From the IMG/VR virus record IMGVR_UViG_3300027804_000038, positions 229,851 to 293,850 of that record: a stretch of DNA of 64,000 nt. One strand, given 5' to 3'. Within the stretch, counting starts at the first letter, position 1. Every line of letters begins with the position of its first letter. This DNA is from a virus. Lineage: Duplodnaviria > Caudoviricetes. This document shows positions 26,048-36,321 of the stretch, one piece after another. Position numbers and translations under genes: made by a program. The notes under the pieces were generated by a model. That model had not been told where the DNA came from. It ran no database searches and saw only the letters and a program-made list of their open reading frames with translations.

Positions 26048-26656
26048 ATGAAAACAAAATTTGCAGATACATTTTTTGATAGTTTCAAAAAAATGGTAAA
26101 CCGACAAAGATGGTATTGGAAAACATGGGACTTATTCAGATATGACCTGCCAAACTTTTTCCGTAATCTTTGGTTGTTCCGTAAGAACTTATGGAATCAC
26201 ACTTGGTATAATGGTGATGGTTCTATTTTACCTTGGGTGAAAACCGCAGTTGATGATATGACTTGGAGAATTGAAAAACATGGAAACGAAGTTGATGAAA
26301 GTCGTATGAAAAAAGTTGCGAAAATGAAACGACTATCATATCTCATTGATATTTGTGTTCACGATAAATTCATTGAGGAAGCCGAAAAGGAGTTGGGAAT
26401 TGAAATGATTTTACACGATTGGGAGTTTATTCCAGTTGAGGGACGAGAAGATTCATATGAGTTATTGGATAAAGATACACCTGAAGAAAAAGAGCATAAT
26501 AAAAAAATCATAAAAAGGTCTCACGAGATTCAAAAGGAATATTGGGAAGAACTTTGTTATATCATCAAAGGACCTGATTATGATTCAATCAGAGAATCTG
26601 GTGAAGATTTCTATGAAAAACTTGACGGTACTGATATTAGAAGTTGGTGGGATTAA
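26048..26656 (+). CDS. Conserved phage hypothetical protein
   Basis: W-rich ORF ending RSWWD. Confidence 0.6.
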   Translation: MKTKFADTFFDSFKKMVNRQRWYWKTWDLFRYDLPNFFRNLWLFRKNLWNHTWYNGDGSILPWVKTAVDDMTWRIEKHGNEVDESRMKKVAKMKRLSYLIDICVHDKFIEEAEKELGIEMILHDWEFIPVEGREDSYELLDKDTPEEKEHNKKIIKRSHEIQKEYWEELCYIIKGPDYDSIRESGEDFYEKLDGTDIRSWWD

Positions 26657-26945
26657 AATAATTAAATAAATTTATATAAAATGAATATTGACATTGAAGT
26701 GGATGACGTTCTATGGGCAATGAGTAGACGTGAAAAAAAAGAAATGTATGAAGCTTTGAAAGACGAAATTGATGACAGACCAGTCTTGACTGTACAAAAT
26801 TTTATACCATTATCTAGTGATGAAAGAAAAAAACTTTCATATTGCGAAACTGAACTTTTTGAGACTCTATTGAGAATTTGGCAAAATAGAAATTTTATCG
26901 AATTAAGTGATGTAGATGCATTAAAATACTATGTAAATAAATAAT

Positions 26946-27467
26946 ATGAATTGGTACATTGTTAGAAGTCAGGCTAATAGAGAAAGAAAAGTTAGCGAGA
27001 GACTAATCAAAGAAGGAGAGAACGGAGACCTAAAAGGTGTCTTAGGGAGAGTTATAGTCCCGACAGAAAAAGTATTTTCAATCAAAGAAGGTAAAAAAGT
27101 ACAAAGAGAAAAAGTAATATTTCCTGGGTATATTTTTGTTGAATGTTCGGCTATCGGAGAATTGAAACAAGTTGTTAAATCAATAAATGGTGCCACTGGT
27201 TTACTCACTGATAGAACAGGTGAAATCCAAATTGTTAAAGAACAAGAAGTAAATAGAATGATTGGGTTACATGAAGAAAATAAAAATAAAAATTTTGCAG
27301 ATATTTTCTCAGTTGGAGATGAAGTGACAATAACTGAAGGACCCTTTGCGTCATTTAAAGGAGCAATTGATTTTATTGATAAAGATAAAGGTAAGTTGAA
27401 AGTTAACGTATCAATCTTTGGAAGGATAACTGTGGTAGAATTAAACGAATTTCAAGTAAAAAAATGA
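26946..27467 (+). CDS. nusG: Transcription termination/antitermination factor NusG
   Basis: WYIVRSQANRE, FPGYIFVE, KOW GDEVTITEGPFASFKG, VSIFGR. Confidence 0.95.
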   Translation: MNWYIVRSQANRERKVSERLIKEGENGDLKGVLGRVIVPTEKVFSIKEGKKVQREKVIFPGYIFVECSAIGELKQVVKSINGATGLLTDRTGEIQIVKEQEVNRMIGLHEENKNKNFADIFSVGDEVTITEGPFASFKGAIDFIDKDKGKLKVNVSIFGRITVVELNEFQVKK

Positions 27468-27938
27468 TTAGTTTATCAGATTTAGTAGATATGGTTCAAA
27501 ATTCTGCACGTATGGATAGAGAATTAACGCCTAGATGGGTTTATTACATATCTTTGGTTGGAATGGCATTCTTATTAACAATCTCATTAATTTATTAATA
27601 ATGATTAAAATTAACGGTAAAATATTATCTGATAATCCATTTTTAAATCACGAAAAAATTCAAGATTTAGTATTTTATGACGCTCCATTAGCGGTATTAT
27701 ATAAATACGAAAATGAATACTATGTATGGTGGTGGTTGGATATGGATGGTGTGTGCAATCGACATGGTGTATTTAAAACAACGATAAAAAAATTAGAAAG
27801 TTGGAGAGAGTTTGATTATAGTTGGGATAAATTAAAAGATGCTATTGATAGTGATTTATCATACATTATTAATTTAGATACTAGTGGGGATTTTGTTGTT
27901 GGTTGGGAAGTAACATCTGACGTTATATTAGATTATGA

Positions 27939-28265
27939 ATGAATACACAAAAAGAAATAATCCTATGTGCCGCTATTTGGTATAAAGACATACCAATAAA
28001 AAAAGAAATTCCAAAAGACGCTGTATTACCAATCAATTGTGATAGAGGGTTAGTATTCTGCGGATATAGACATAATCATTGTATGTATACAATGGTTGCG
28101 GTTACGGGACTAAGAAGTGTTGAAACTGAAATAGGTGAGTATGTCCAAGGGTTCCTCACTAACAAAAATAGATTTGTAAATAGAGAAGAGGCGGCTAAAA
28201 TCCATATATCTAACGGACATAAAATTGATTTCGAAAATAGATTATTCAGTGAAGACCTCTATTAA
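27939..28265 (+). CDS. Conserved phage hypothetical protein
   Basis: ILCAAIW, CGYRHNHC, QGFLTNKNRFVNREEA, LFSEDLY. Confidence 0.65.
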   Translation: MNTQKEIILCAAIWYKDIPIKKEIPKDAVLPINCDRGLVFCGYRHNHCMYTMVAVTGLRSVETEIGEYVQGFLTNKNRFVNREEAAKIHISNGHKIDFENRLFSEDLY

Positions 28266-28526
28266 TAGTGAATTATGTAAAAAAATAGTTAAATCAGTTT
28301 ATCCTGATTTAGTTATAAACAACATTGAAATAATACCAAGAAATATATTAGTGGAAGGTAAATGGGTTGAGGACTTACCTGCAATTTTTGTTGGTATCGG
28401 AAGCACTGAACACACAGATATTAGTGAAACTTTAACTAAACTAAGTGGACTTGAGTTTAATGTTTTTATTTCGTAAAAAATTAGATAATTAAAAATTTTA
28501 GAGTATATTTGTAAAAAATATAAGAA

Positions 28527-29258
28527 ATGTTCAAGTTCTATGAGGTCGGAGGTAAAATAAGAGACGAAATCCTTGGTTTAAAATCAAAGGATGTTGATTA
28601 CGTTGCGGTACCAAGTGACGAGTTAATTAATGATATTAGCTCACCTCATTCTATGTTTGGAATACTCGAAGGATTTTTAAAAGAAGAAGGTTTTGAAATA
28701 TTTTTAATTACACCTGATTGTTTTACGATTAGAGCCAAGTTTCCCCAAGGGCATACATACGAAGGTGTTGCTGATTTTGTAATGGCGAGAAAGGAATTGG
28801 GATATATTCCTGGCACAAGAACTCCATTGGTTAAACCAGGAACTCTATACGATGATTTGGAAAGACGTGACTTTACATTAAACGCATTGGCTAAAGATTC
28901 AGATGGAAACATTATTGATTTCTTTGGTGGTGAGGATGATTTGAAACATGGTATGTTAAGAACACCACTAGATTGTAAAGTAACTTTTGATGATGACCCT
29001 TTACGTATTTTGAGAGCAATTAGGTTTTCAATTACTAAGGGATTTACTATGTCTAGAAAGATAGTTGAAGAAATATACATCTACGACTACGACAATAAAA
29101 TGTCTGTAGTATCTACAGAAAGAATCAGAGAAGAGCTCCTCAAGTGTTTTAAACATGACACGATTAAAACATTAAACACTTTGGAGGAGTTTTACAGATT
29201 AAGAGATTATATCTTTAAAAACAATATTTTGTGGTTAAAACCAACTTTAGAAAAATGA
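28527..29258 (+). CDS. cca: tRNA nucleotidyltransferase (CCA-adding / poly(A) polymerase family)
   Basis: VGGKIRDEILG..KDVDY, DLERRDFTLNALA, DDPLRILRAIRF. Confidence 0.9.
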   Translation: MFKFYEVGGKIRDEILGLKSKDVDYVAVPSDELINDISSPHSMFGILEGFLKEEGFEIFLITPDCFTIRAKFPQGHTYEGVADFVMARKELGYIPGTRTPLVKPGTLYDDLERRDFTLNALAKDSDGNIIDFFGGEDDLKHGMLRTPLDCKVTFDDDPLRILRAIRFSITKGFTMSRKIVEEIYIYDYDNKMSVVSTERIREELLKCFKHDTIKTLNTLEEFYRLRDYIFKNNILWLKPTLEK

Positions 29259-30440
29259 ATATGAAGAAAGCAAGTAATATAAAATTAATAATGTTTTTAA
29301 TTTTATTAATATTTTTATCGTTAGGTGTCTTTTATTTTTTTAAAACCGTAACAATTGGTGAAAAAATAACAATTGAATATCAAAAAACAACAGTGGTTTC
29401 TATTAAAAGAAAACCACCAAAAAACGTACATGAAGAAATTAATTTGTGGTATGAAATAGAACTATCTAATGGTAATAAGTTCGTATCATCACATAGATAT
29501 TTAGTTGGTGATACAGTATATTATGAAATCTATAAAATAAATAAGTGATGGAAGTAAGTATGGACGGACTAAGAAACCATTTGTTAAGAAGTTATAACTC
29601 TTTGGTTTCTAAATTAAATAAACGAATTGACGGTGACGACATTGTTGATTTGGAAATTTACGATATTGAAAGAGAACTTGAGGGTATTAGAAGTTGTATT
29701 GTTACACTAGCTTTTACATCACTTGAAGGTGAAGGAGGGTGGAAATCAATGGATGACAGTACTCACTTTGAGCAATTTAATCCTGAATAAGAGTTGGAAG
29801 ATTAAAAATTGTATCAGAAATTGCAAAAGAAGTTTTGGCGGGAGAGTAATCCCGCCGTATCTTTGTTAAATATAAAAAACACTCAAATGACTAGCAACGA
29901 ATTTAATAAGAAATATAAAGAATATCTTGGTGAAAGACACTATGGATTGGATATTGAGGTCCCCCAACTAACACTTTGGTTAGACGAAAAATTCCAAGAA
30001 TTCATCAAAATTCCTGAATTTAAATACTATCAAATCAAAACAAAATTTGGTTATGGTAGATTCTATTGTGATGGGGTACCTCAAGAACAAATAACTGAGG
30101 TTGAGGTAAAAATTAGAGAACTTTGTAAATAAAAAAGAGGTATATTATGTCAGGAGGACATTTTGATTATAATCAATACAAAATCGGATATATTGCCGAT
30201 GAAGTAGAGCAACTTATTGAAAGAAACGGTAAGGAAATACCAAAACAATATCGTGATGATTGGTCGGGTACCAATTACTACGAATATCCACCTGAAGTAA
30301 TTGAGAAATTCAAAGAAGGTGTTGAGATTCTTCGTAAAGCTCAAATTTACGCTCAAAGGATTGATTGGTTGGTTTCAGGTGATGATGGTAATGAATCTTT
30401 TTTGAGAAGACTGAAAGAAGATTTGGAAAAATTGAAATAG
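29231..30440 (+). CDS. Run of four small hypothetical genes (29231-29548, 29545-29790, 29809-30132, 30147-30440)
   Basis: Tightly coupled ORFs; YYQIKTKFG, MSGGHFDY motifs. Confidence 0.55.
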
Positions 30441-30458
30441 TTTTTGTATATTTGCAAT

Positions 30459-31157
30459 ATGATTCTAAAGATAGAAAAAGATATAAAAGGAATTTTCCCA
30501 AAAATTTGGATATGTTCTGACCCCCACTACAACCACAAAAATATTTGTAGAGGTGTTACGAATTGGAGAACCTTGGATGGAGAAGTTCCCGAAGAACAAA
30601 CTCGCGATTTCCCAACCATTGAGAAAATGAACGAGGCAATTCTGAATGGGATTAACTGGAATGTTGGACAAGATGACATTTTAATTTGTCTTGGAGACTG
30701 GTCTTTTGGTGGGTTTGAGTCTATTAAACAATTCAGAGATAGAATTGTTTGTAAAAATGTACACTTAGTACTTGGTAATCACGACCACCACATTGAACGT
30801 AACAGAGAGAACATTAAGGCTTTATTTAGTTCAGTTTCAGAATACCTGAGAGTTGTTGTGATGGAACCGATTAAAAAAGATGTTACTAAACGACATGAGT
30901 TTGTATGTATGCACTACCCAATACAAAGTTGGGACGGTTTAAATAAAGGAGTTTATCATCTACACGGACATGTACACTTACCAAATGAACGAAAGTTTGG
31001 TCGTGGTAAGAAAATGGACGTTGGTTTTGACGGACATCCTGAATTCAGACCGTACAATCTACTAAAAGAAGTTGTGCCGATGTTAAGTAAGAGAGAAATG
31101 TTGTCGGATATGTCAAATGACCATCACCTTGAAAGATTATTAAACAGTGATAAATAA
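30459..31157 (+). CDS. Calcineurin-like metallophosphoesterase
   Basis: SDPHYNH, LGDW, LGNHD, HGHVH. Confidence 0.92.
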   Translation: MILKIEKDIKGIFPKIWICSDPHYNHKNICRGVTNWRTLDGEVPEEQTRDFPTIEKMNEAILNGINWNVGQDDILICLGDWSFGGFESIKQFRDRIVCKNVHLVLGNHDHHIERNRENIKALFSSVSEYLRVVVMEPIKKDVTKRHEFVCMHYPIQSWDGLNKGVYHLHGHVHLPNERKFGRGKKMDVGFDGHPEFRPYNLLKEVVPMLSKREMLSDMSNDHHLERLLNSDK

Positions 31158-31746
31158 TTTTGAACACATAAAAAAATTTTTAATATTTGAATCTGAAGAC
31201 GATTACTATCTTCTTCAGATTCTTAGACGTAAAAAAGAAAATTCAGATGTTGGTAATAAACCTAACGTTGTTAAGACTTATTATATCGACTCTATTGATT
31301 TTTTTGATAGGGTTATTCCTGAAATAATTGCCATCTCTAATGAAAGAAATAGCCGAGCTTATATAAATCTAAATCGAAGGTCCTTCAGAAAAACTGCAAT
31401 TAGGACTTTACAAGAGATTGCGAATAATATTGAGTCAGGAAATTATAAATCCGCAAGAAAGGCTTACGAAAAAATATCAGGAAAATCTCCTAATGAGAAA
31501 GATAAAAAATGGGTAATTGATATAGATTGGAAGGATTTTCCTGATAAAAAAACTGAGATTGCTAATCTGGTTTTATATGCTATTGAGTTACAATCAGAGA
31601 CTGATAATGTACCGATGAGCGAACCAATCCCAACTAAAAACGGTATTCACTATATAACTAGACCATTTAATCTAAAGAAATTTAATGAAAGGTACCCAAA
31701 AATTGAGGTACATAAAGATAGATACACTTTATTATATATCCCTTAA
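31147..31746 (+). CDS. Conserved phage hypothetical protein
   Basis: RAYINLN, WVIDID, PTKNGIHYITRPF. Confidence 0.6.
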   Translation: MINNFEHIKKFLIFESEDDYYLLQILRRKKENSDVGNKPNVVKTYYIDSIDFFDRVIPEIIAISNERNSRAYINLNRRSFRKTAIRTLQEIANNIESGNYKSARKAYEKISGKSPNEKDKKWVIDIDWKDFPDKKTEIANLVLYAIELQSETDNVPMSEPIPTKNGIHYITRPFNLKKFNERYPKIEVHKDRYTLLYIP

Positions 31747-31747
31747 T

Positions 31748-32749
31748 ATGAAATTTGATTTTAAAGACATTGTTTTAGTACCTGAAGTTTTATCGTCAAT
31801 CTCGTCTAGGTCAGAAATAGATATTACTGATGAATTTGGTAAACTACCATTGATTGTTTCCCCTATGGATACTGTGATAAATGAAGGTAATTCTGAATTA
31901 TTTGAAAAATTAGGATTTACAGTTTGTTTACCTAGAGGAGAGAATGTTACCGAAAATCAATTTAGGTCTATTTCTTTGGACGACTTTGAAATTTTGACTG
32001 ATTATTTAGTAGTAACTAATGATTATTTATTAGTTGATATTGCAAATGGTCATATGGAAAAATTATATTCACTATGTGAAAAGTTTTTAGAAAAAAATAA
32101 TGGTGATAAATTAATGATTGGTAATATTGCCAATCCAAAAACCTACAAAAAATTTGCAGAGATTGGGGTTGGTTTTATTAGGGTCGGTATCGGAGGTGGT
32201 AGTGGTTGTCTAACCTCAGCAAATACTGGTGTTCATTATCCCATGGCTTCACTAATTAATGAGTGTTACCAATTTAAAAAGGATAATGGTTATACAACTA
32301 AAATAGTTGCTGATGGAGGTTTTAGAAACTATGATGATATTATTAAAGCCATTGCATTAGGTGCGGATTATGTTATGTTAGGAGGAATGTTAAATAAAAG
32401 TTTAGAATCGTGTTCTCCTGTTAAATTATTTGGTAAATTAAAAATTTCTACTAAATTTGCAAATAAATTGTGGGCAAATTATCCAAAACTCAGAAAGTTT
32501 TTTTACAAAGACTTCAGAGGTATGAGTACTAAAGAAGTTCAAAAAAAATGGGGTAGAAAGAATATTAAAACATCTGAAGGGGTACACAGGGTTAACAAAG
32601 TTGAGTACAAGTTAGATACGTGGGTTGATAACTTTAAAGACTATTTAAAATCTGCAATGTCATATACTAACTCAAAAAATTTAAATAGTTTTAGATACAG
32701 TGAGTTTGTAAAAATTACAGAAAACGCATATAAAAGATTTAATAAATAA
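31748..32749 (+). CDS. guaC: GMP reductase / IMPDH-family protein
   Basis: SPMDTV, DIANGH, RVGIGGGSGCLT, ADGG, GMS. Confidence 0.85.
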   Translation: MKFDFKDIVLVPEVLSSISSRSEIDITDEFGKLPLIVSPMDTVINEGNSELFEKLGFTVCLPRGENVTENQFRSISLDDFEILTDYLVVTNDYLLVDIANGHMEKLYSLCEKFLEKNNGDKLMIGNIANPKTYKKFAEIGVGFIRVGIGGGSGCLTSANTGVHYPMASLINECYQFKKDNGYTTKIVADGGFRNYDDIIKAIALGADYVMLGGMLNKSLESCSPVKLFGKLKISTKFANKLWANYPKLRKFFYKDFRGMSTKEVQKKWGRKNIKTSEGVHRVNKVEYKLDTWVDNFKDYLKSAMSYTNSKNLNSFRYSEFVKITENAYKRFNK

Positions 32750-32754
32750 TTTTT

Positions 32755-33171
32755 ATGATGAAAACACTTTTTATTGTTAGAGGAGTACCAGGTTCAGGTA
32801 AATCAACGTTTGCTCATGCTATTTGGAATAATTATGCTATTTGTGAAGCCGACCAGTACTTCATAGATAAAGAAACAGGTGAATATAAGTTTAATCCTGA
32901 TGAACTAAAAAACGCTCACCAATGGTGTAGAGATGAGGTTGAAACAAAAATGAAAGATAATCAAGCAAATCCTCAATACTACCCTGAAATTGTAGTTTCA
33001 AATACATTCACACAGGAGTGGGAAATGGAACCTTACTTTAAACTAGCTGAAAAGTATGGTTATAAAGTATTTTCTTTTATTGTTGAGAATCGACACGGGG
33101 GCGTGAATACTCATGGTGTTCCAGAAGATAAAATTCAAGTAATGAAAGATAGATTTCAAATCAAACTATGA
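32755..33171 (+). CDS. P-loop kinase (AAA_33, polynucleotide-kinase-like)
   Basis: RGVPGSGKST, EADQYF, VSNTF, HGVP. Confidence 0.85.
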   Translation: MMKTLFIVRGVPGSGKSTFAHAIWNNYAICEADQYFIDKETGEYKFNPDELKNAHQWCRDEVETKMKDNQANPQYYPEIVVSNTFTQEWEMEPYFKLAEKYGYKVFSFIVENRHGGVNTHGVPEDKIQVMKDRFQIKL

Positions 33172-33256
33172 AATACTTAAAAAAAATTTGGAAATATCTT
33201 ATTTTTGTACAAGAAGAAGTTGATAAGATTAGAGAAAAGTCTTCGTTTGGTAAATT

Positions 33257-34024
33257 TTAAACCCTAAGACTTTTTTTAATTTCATCTCCAGCATCAAACA
33301 TGTCAATGTTTGAAATCGCCCAAGAGTTTCTACTTCTTTTAGCTTCTTCACGGTTTTTAGGTCTTTCAACATTATCGACAATCCAATCAATCCATCCTTT
33401 AATTCCTTTATCACCTGAAGGTTTTTTACTTTGGACATGTTTTGCCATGAATTTGATTTGTTTATCGCAATCAGATAATACTTTCATCTTTTCTTCAGGA
33501 GACTCATCCTCAACCCCGTATTCCTTTAACAACGCAATGCCTAATCCACCACATATATTGTATTGCCATAACCCAAAAGAACAATAACCACCTATACTTG
33601 ATTCAGGGTGTTTTTTAGCATAGTCACCACCATCACCTCTCGATTTACATTTAAACCCAGATTCTTTAGCTGCATTAGCAACTAATGCGATTGATAATTT
33701 TTTGTTGTTTAAAATTGAATCTAATTTTCTGTACAAATCAACTGGTGATATTTTACCATCGCCTGACTCAAATTTAAATTTTTCTGACTTAACAATATTA
33801 ATCTCTTTATCTATTTTTTCTTTTTCGTCTTTACTAAAGTCCATGTCCTCAACCGACTCATCACTATCATCATCTAAATCTAACTTATCTTTAATAAAGT
33901 CGACCGCATCCTCCCCAACATCCTTTAAAAATTCTAATGTATCATCTAACCAATCCTCGTTTAAATTATACATTCCTCTTATTTGTTTTTTTTCGTCTTC
34001 TGAAATTATGAAACGTTTGGACAT
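33257..34024 (-). CDS. Phage tail-lysozyme-like protein with acidic MSKRF leader
   Basis: ALVANAAKESGF, SFGLWQY, VERP. Confidence 0.7.
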   Translation of the reverse strand: MSKRFIISEDEKKQIRGMYNLNEDWLDDTLEFLKDVGEDAVDFIKDKLDLDDDSDESVEDMDFSKDEKEKIDKEINIVKSEKFKFESGDGKISPVDLYRKLDSILNNKKLSIALVANAAKESGFKCKSRGDGGDYAKKHPESSIGGYCSFGLWQYNICGGLGIALLKEYGVEDESPEEKMKVLSDCDKQIKFMAKHVQSKKPSGDKGIKGWIDWIVDNVERPKNREEAKRSRNSWAISNIDMFDAGDEIKKSLRV

Positions 34025-34373
34025 AGTAATATTTTTTTTATAAATACATCCAAAAATAAATTTGTTACTGATTATATTTTTACTATCTTTGTTTAAAATT
34101 AGTTTATGACAAAAAAAGAAAAATTCTTTCATAATTTACTTATTGATTTACATACCGCTCGTTGGACACTTAATGGTGACATGGTAAATGCAATTCTTGA
34201 CAATATTGGAGGTTATTCATATGCACATACAAATGGTAATGTTTGGGATGAAGATGACAAGTACGATAAAGCTTATGAAAGATTTGTTGAGAAACATAAT
34301 GATATTATGAGTGGTAACTATAGTAAAACAACTAAGGTATATGAAACACCTAAAGATTCTAAATGGTTAAAAA

Positions 34374-35528
34374 ATGAAAATGATGGAAAATAATAATTCA
34401 GTGTGCTATGTAGCACGTATTGACGAAATTAAAGAAATACCTGGCGCTGATAACATTGTACAAGGTGTTATTGGAGGATGGAATTGTATTATTCAAAAAG
34501 AACAATACCAAGCTGGCGACTTAGTAGTTGTTGCAACTACAGATGCGGTTATTCCTTTAGATTTATCTGATGCGATGAACGTGACTAATTATTTACGTAA
34601 AGGTCAACGTGTACGTACTGTTAAGTTGAGAGGTGTTTATTCTGAATGTTTAATCATTCCTTTAAAATACGCTCGTGAAGTAGCTAAACATGCTAACACA
34701 AAATGGGATGAAGGTGAAGACATGATGGATGTATTAAAGATATTTAAATACGAACCACCTGCAGTACAAATACAATTATCTTCAGGTAAAAAGGTAAGAT
34801 ATCACCAAAACCCGAACTTCCATGTTTACTATAAGTTCCCAAACTTGAAGAATGTTGCAGGAATGTTTACCGAAGAAGATACTGTTGAAATTACTCGTAA
34901 AATTCACGGTACAAATGCTCGTTATGGGATTGTTAAGAAAACTAAATTAACATTATGGGATAAGTTTAAGAAGTTTATTGGATTGGCGGATAAATGGATT
35001 GAGTATGAGTATGTGTATGGTTCTCATAATGTTGAAAAGGGGTCCGACTCACAAGGGTTTTATTCAACTGATGTGTGGAGAGAGGTTGCTGACAAATACC
35101 AAATCAAAAAGAAGTTATGGGATTATGTTAAAAACAACGCTATGGAACCAGAAATTGGAGATGGGATTACAATATACGGTGAAATCTATGGTGCGGGTAT
35201 CCAAAAGAACTATGAATACGGTTTAAATGATATTAAATTTGTGGGGTTCGATGTTAAAGAAAACGGAGAGTATTTAAGTCCTATTAATGCTAAACTACAG
35301 ATTAAATATCTTTTAGAATTGCCATATGTCGAAATCTTACATTTCGGAAAATGGTCTCAAGAGGTACAAGACAAATATACATTTAATAACTTTATTGAAG
35401 GTACAAAAGTACCACATGAAGGTATTGTGATTAAATATGAGTCGGGTGGACGTAATAAAGTGGCAAAAGTAATCAACCCAGATTATTTAATTTATGCTGA
35501 AAAAAAGGATGTTGGGGACTCTCACTAA
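34374..35528 (+). CDS. RNA ligase, DRB0094-like with N-terminal OB domain
   Basis: EIPGADNI, motif I KIHGTN, YGEIYG, FDV, EGIVIK, KVIN. Confidence 0.88.
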   Translation: MKMMENNNSVCYVARIDEIKEIPGADNIVQGVIGGWNCIIQKEQYQAGDLVVVATTDAVIPLDLSDAMNVTNYLRKGQRVRTVKLRGVYSECLIIPLKYAREVAKHANTKWDEGEDMMDVLKIFKYEPPAVQIQLSSGKKVRYHQNPNFHVYYKFPNLKNVAGMFTEEDTVEITRKIHGTNARYGIVKKTKLTLWDKFKKFIGLADKWIEYEYVYGSHNVEKGSDSQGFYSTDVWREVADKYQIKKKLWDYVKNNAMEPEIGDGITIYGEIYGAGIQKNYEYGLNDIKFVGFDVKENGEYLSPINAKLQIKYLLELPYVEILHFGKWSQEVQDKYTFNNFIEGTKVPHEGIVIKYESGGRNKVAKVINPDYLIYAEKKDVGDSH

Positions 35529-35560
35529 CATCCTTTTTAAAAACTTAGAAAAAAAATAAA

Positions 35561-35998
35561 ATGATAGAAAAAGAAAGGAAATTTATTTTAAAGTACCTCC
35601 CATCAGGACTTAAAAAACAAAAAATTAAACAAGGATACATCTCAAATAACAGTAAAACTCAAGTTAGAGTTAGAATTATTGATGATTCATCTGCCTTTAT
35701 AACTGTTAAGTTTAAAATTGATAATGAGACTAGACAAGAGTTTGAATATAAAATACCAATCGATGAAGGTTTTGAAATATATCATTCATGTAGTTTAAAA
35801 TTAGAAAAAATTAGATACAAAACAAAATATGAAAATAACCAAATTGATATTGATGTTTATCAAAATGGAAAGTCTGTTGTTGAAATTGAATATGAAGATG
35901 TTTTAACAAAATTACCTGATTATTGTGGTGAAGAGGTTACTGGAGTTAAAGAATGGTCTAACTCATCAATAGCAAAATCAATAATGGAAAATTATTAA
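35561..35998 (+). CDS. CYTH-domain protein
   Basis: IEKERKF, RVRI, RQEFEY, EIE. Confidence 0.88.
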   Translation: MIEKERKFILKYLPSGLKKQKIKQGYISNNSKTQVRVRIIDDSSAFITVKFKIDNETRQEFEYKIPIDEGFEIYHSCSLKLEKIRYKTKYENNQIDIDVYQNGKSVVEIEYEDVLTKLPDYCGEEVTGVKEWSNSSIAKSIMENY

Positions 35999-36033
35999 AC
36001 ATAAAATTAACTAAGAATAAAAAATAATTAAAT

Positions 36034-36285
36034 ATGAAAAAAATTTTTTTAAGTGTTATTACAATCTCTATAGTGATGGTGTCATGTACTGACGCAACAA
36101 TGAGTAAAATGGGTGGATACGGGGATACCTTTACAGTTAAAGTACTTGGACCTGATACCATAATCACCTATCACTCAACAGGAAAGGTAATTAGTGAAGA
36201 ACATTCTGACGGATATTATTTTACAAATCGTGAGACTGGGAAGTTGATTGAAGTTAGTGGAAATGTTATAATTGAACAAGAGTAA
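36034..36285 (+). CDS. Lipoprotein
   Basis: Lipobox VMVS-C. Confidence 0.65.
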   Translation: MKKIFLSVITISIVMVSCTDATMSKMGGYGDTFTVKVLGPDTIITYHSTGKVISEEHSDGYYFTNRETGKLIEVSGNVIIEQE

Positions 36286-36321
36286 TGATGTTACTTATAT
36301 GTACCCTATGCGGGATATGGG

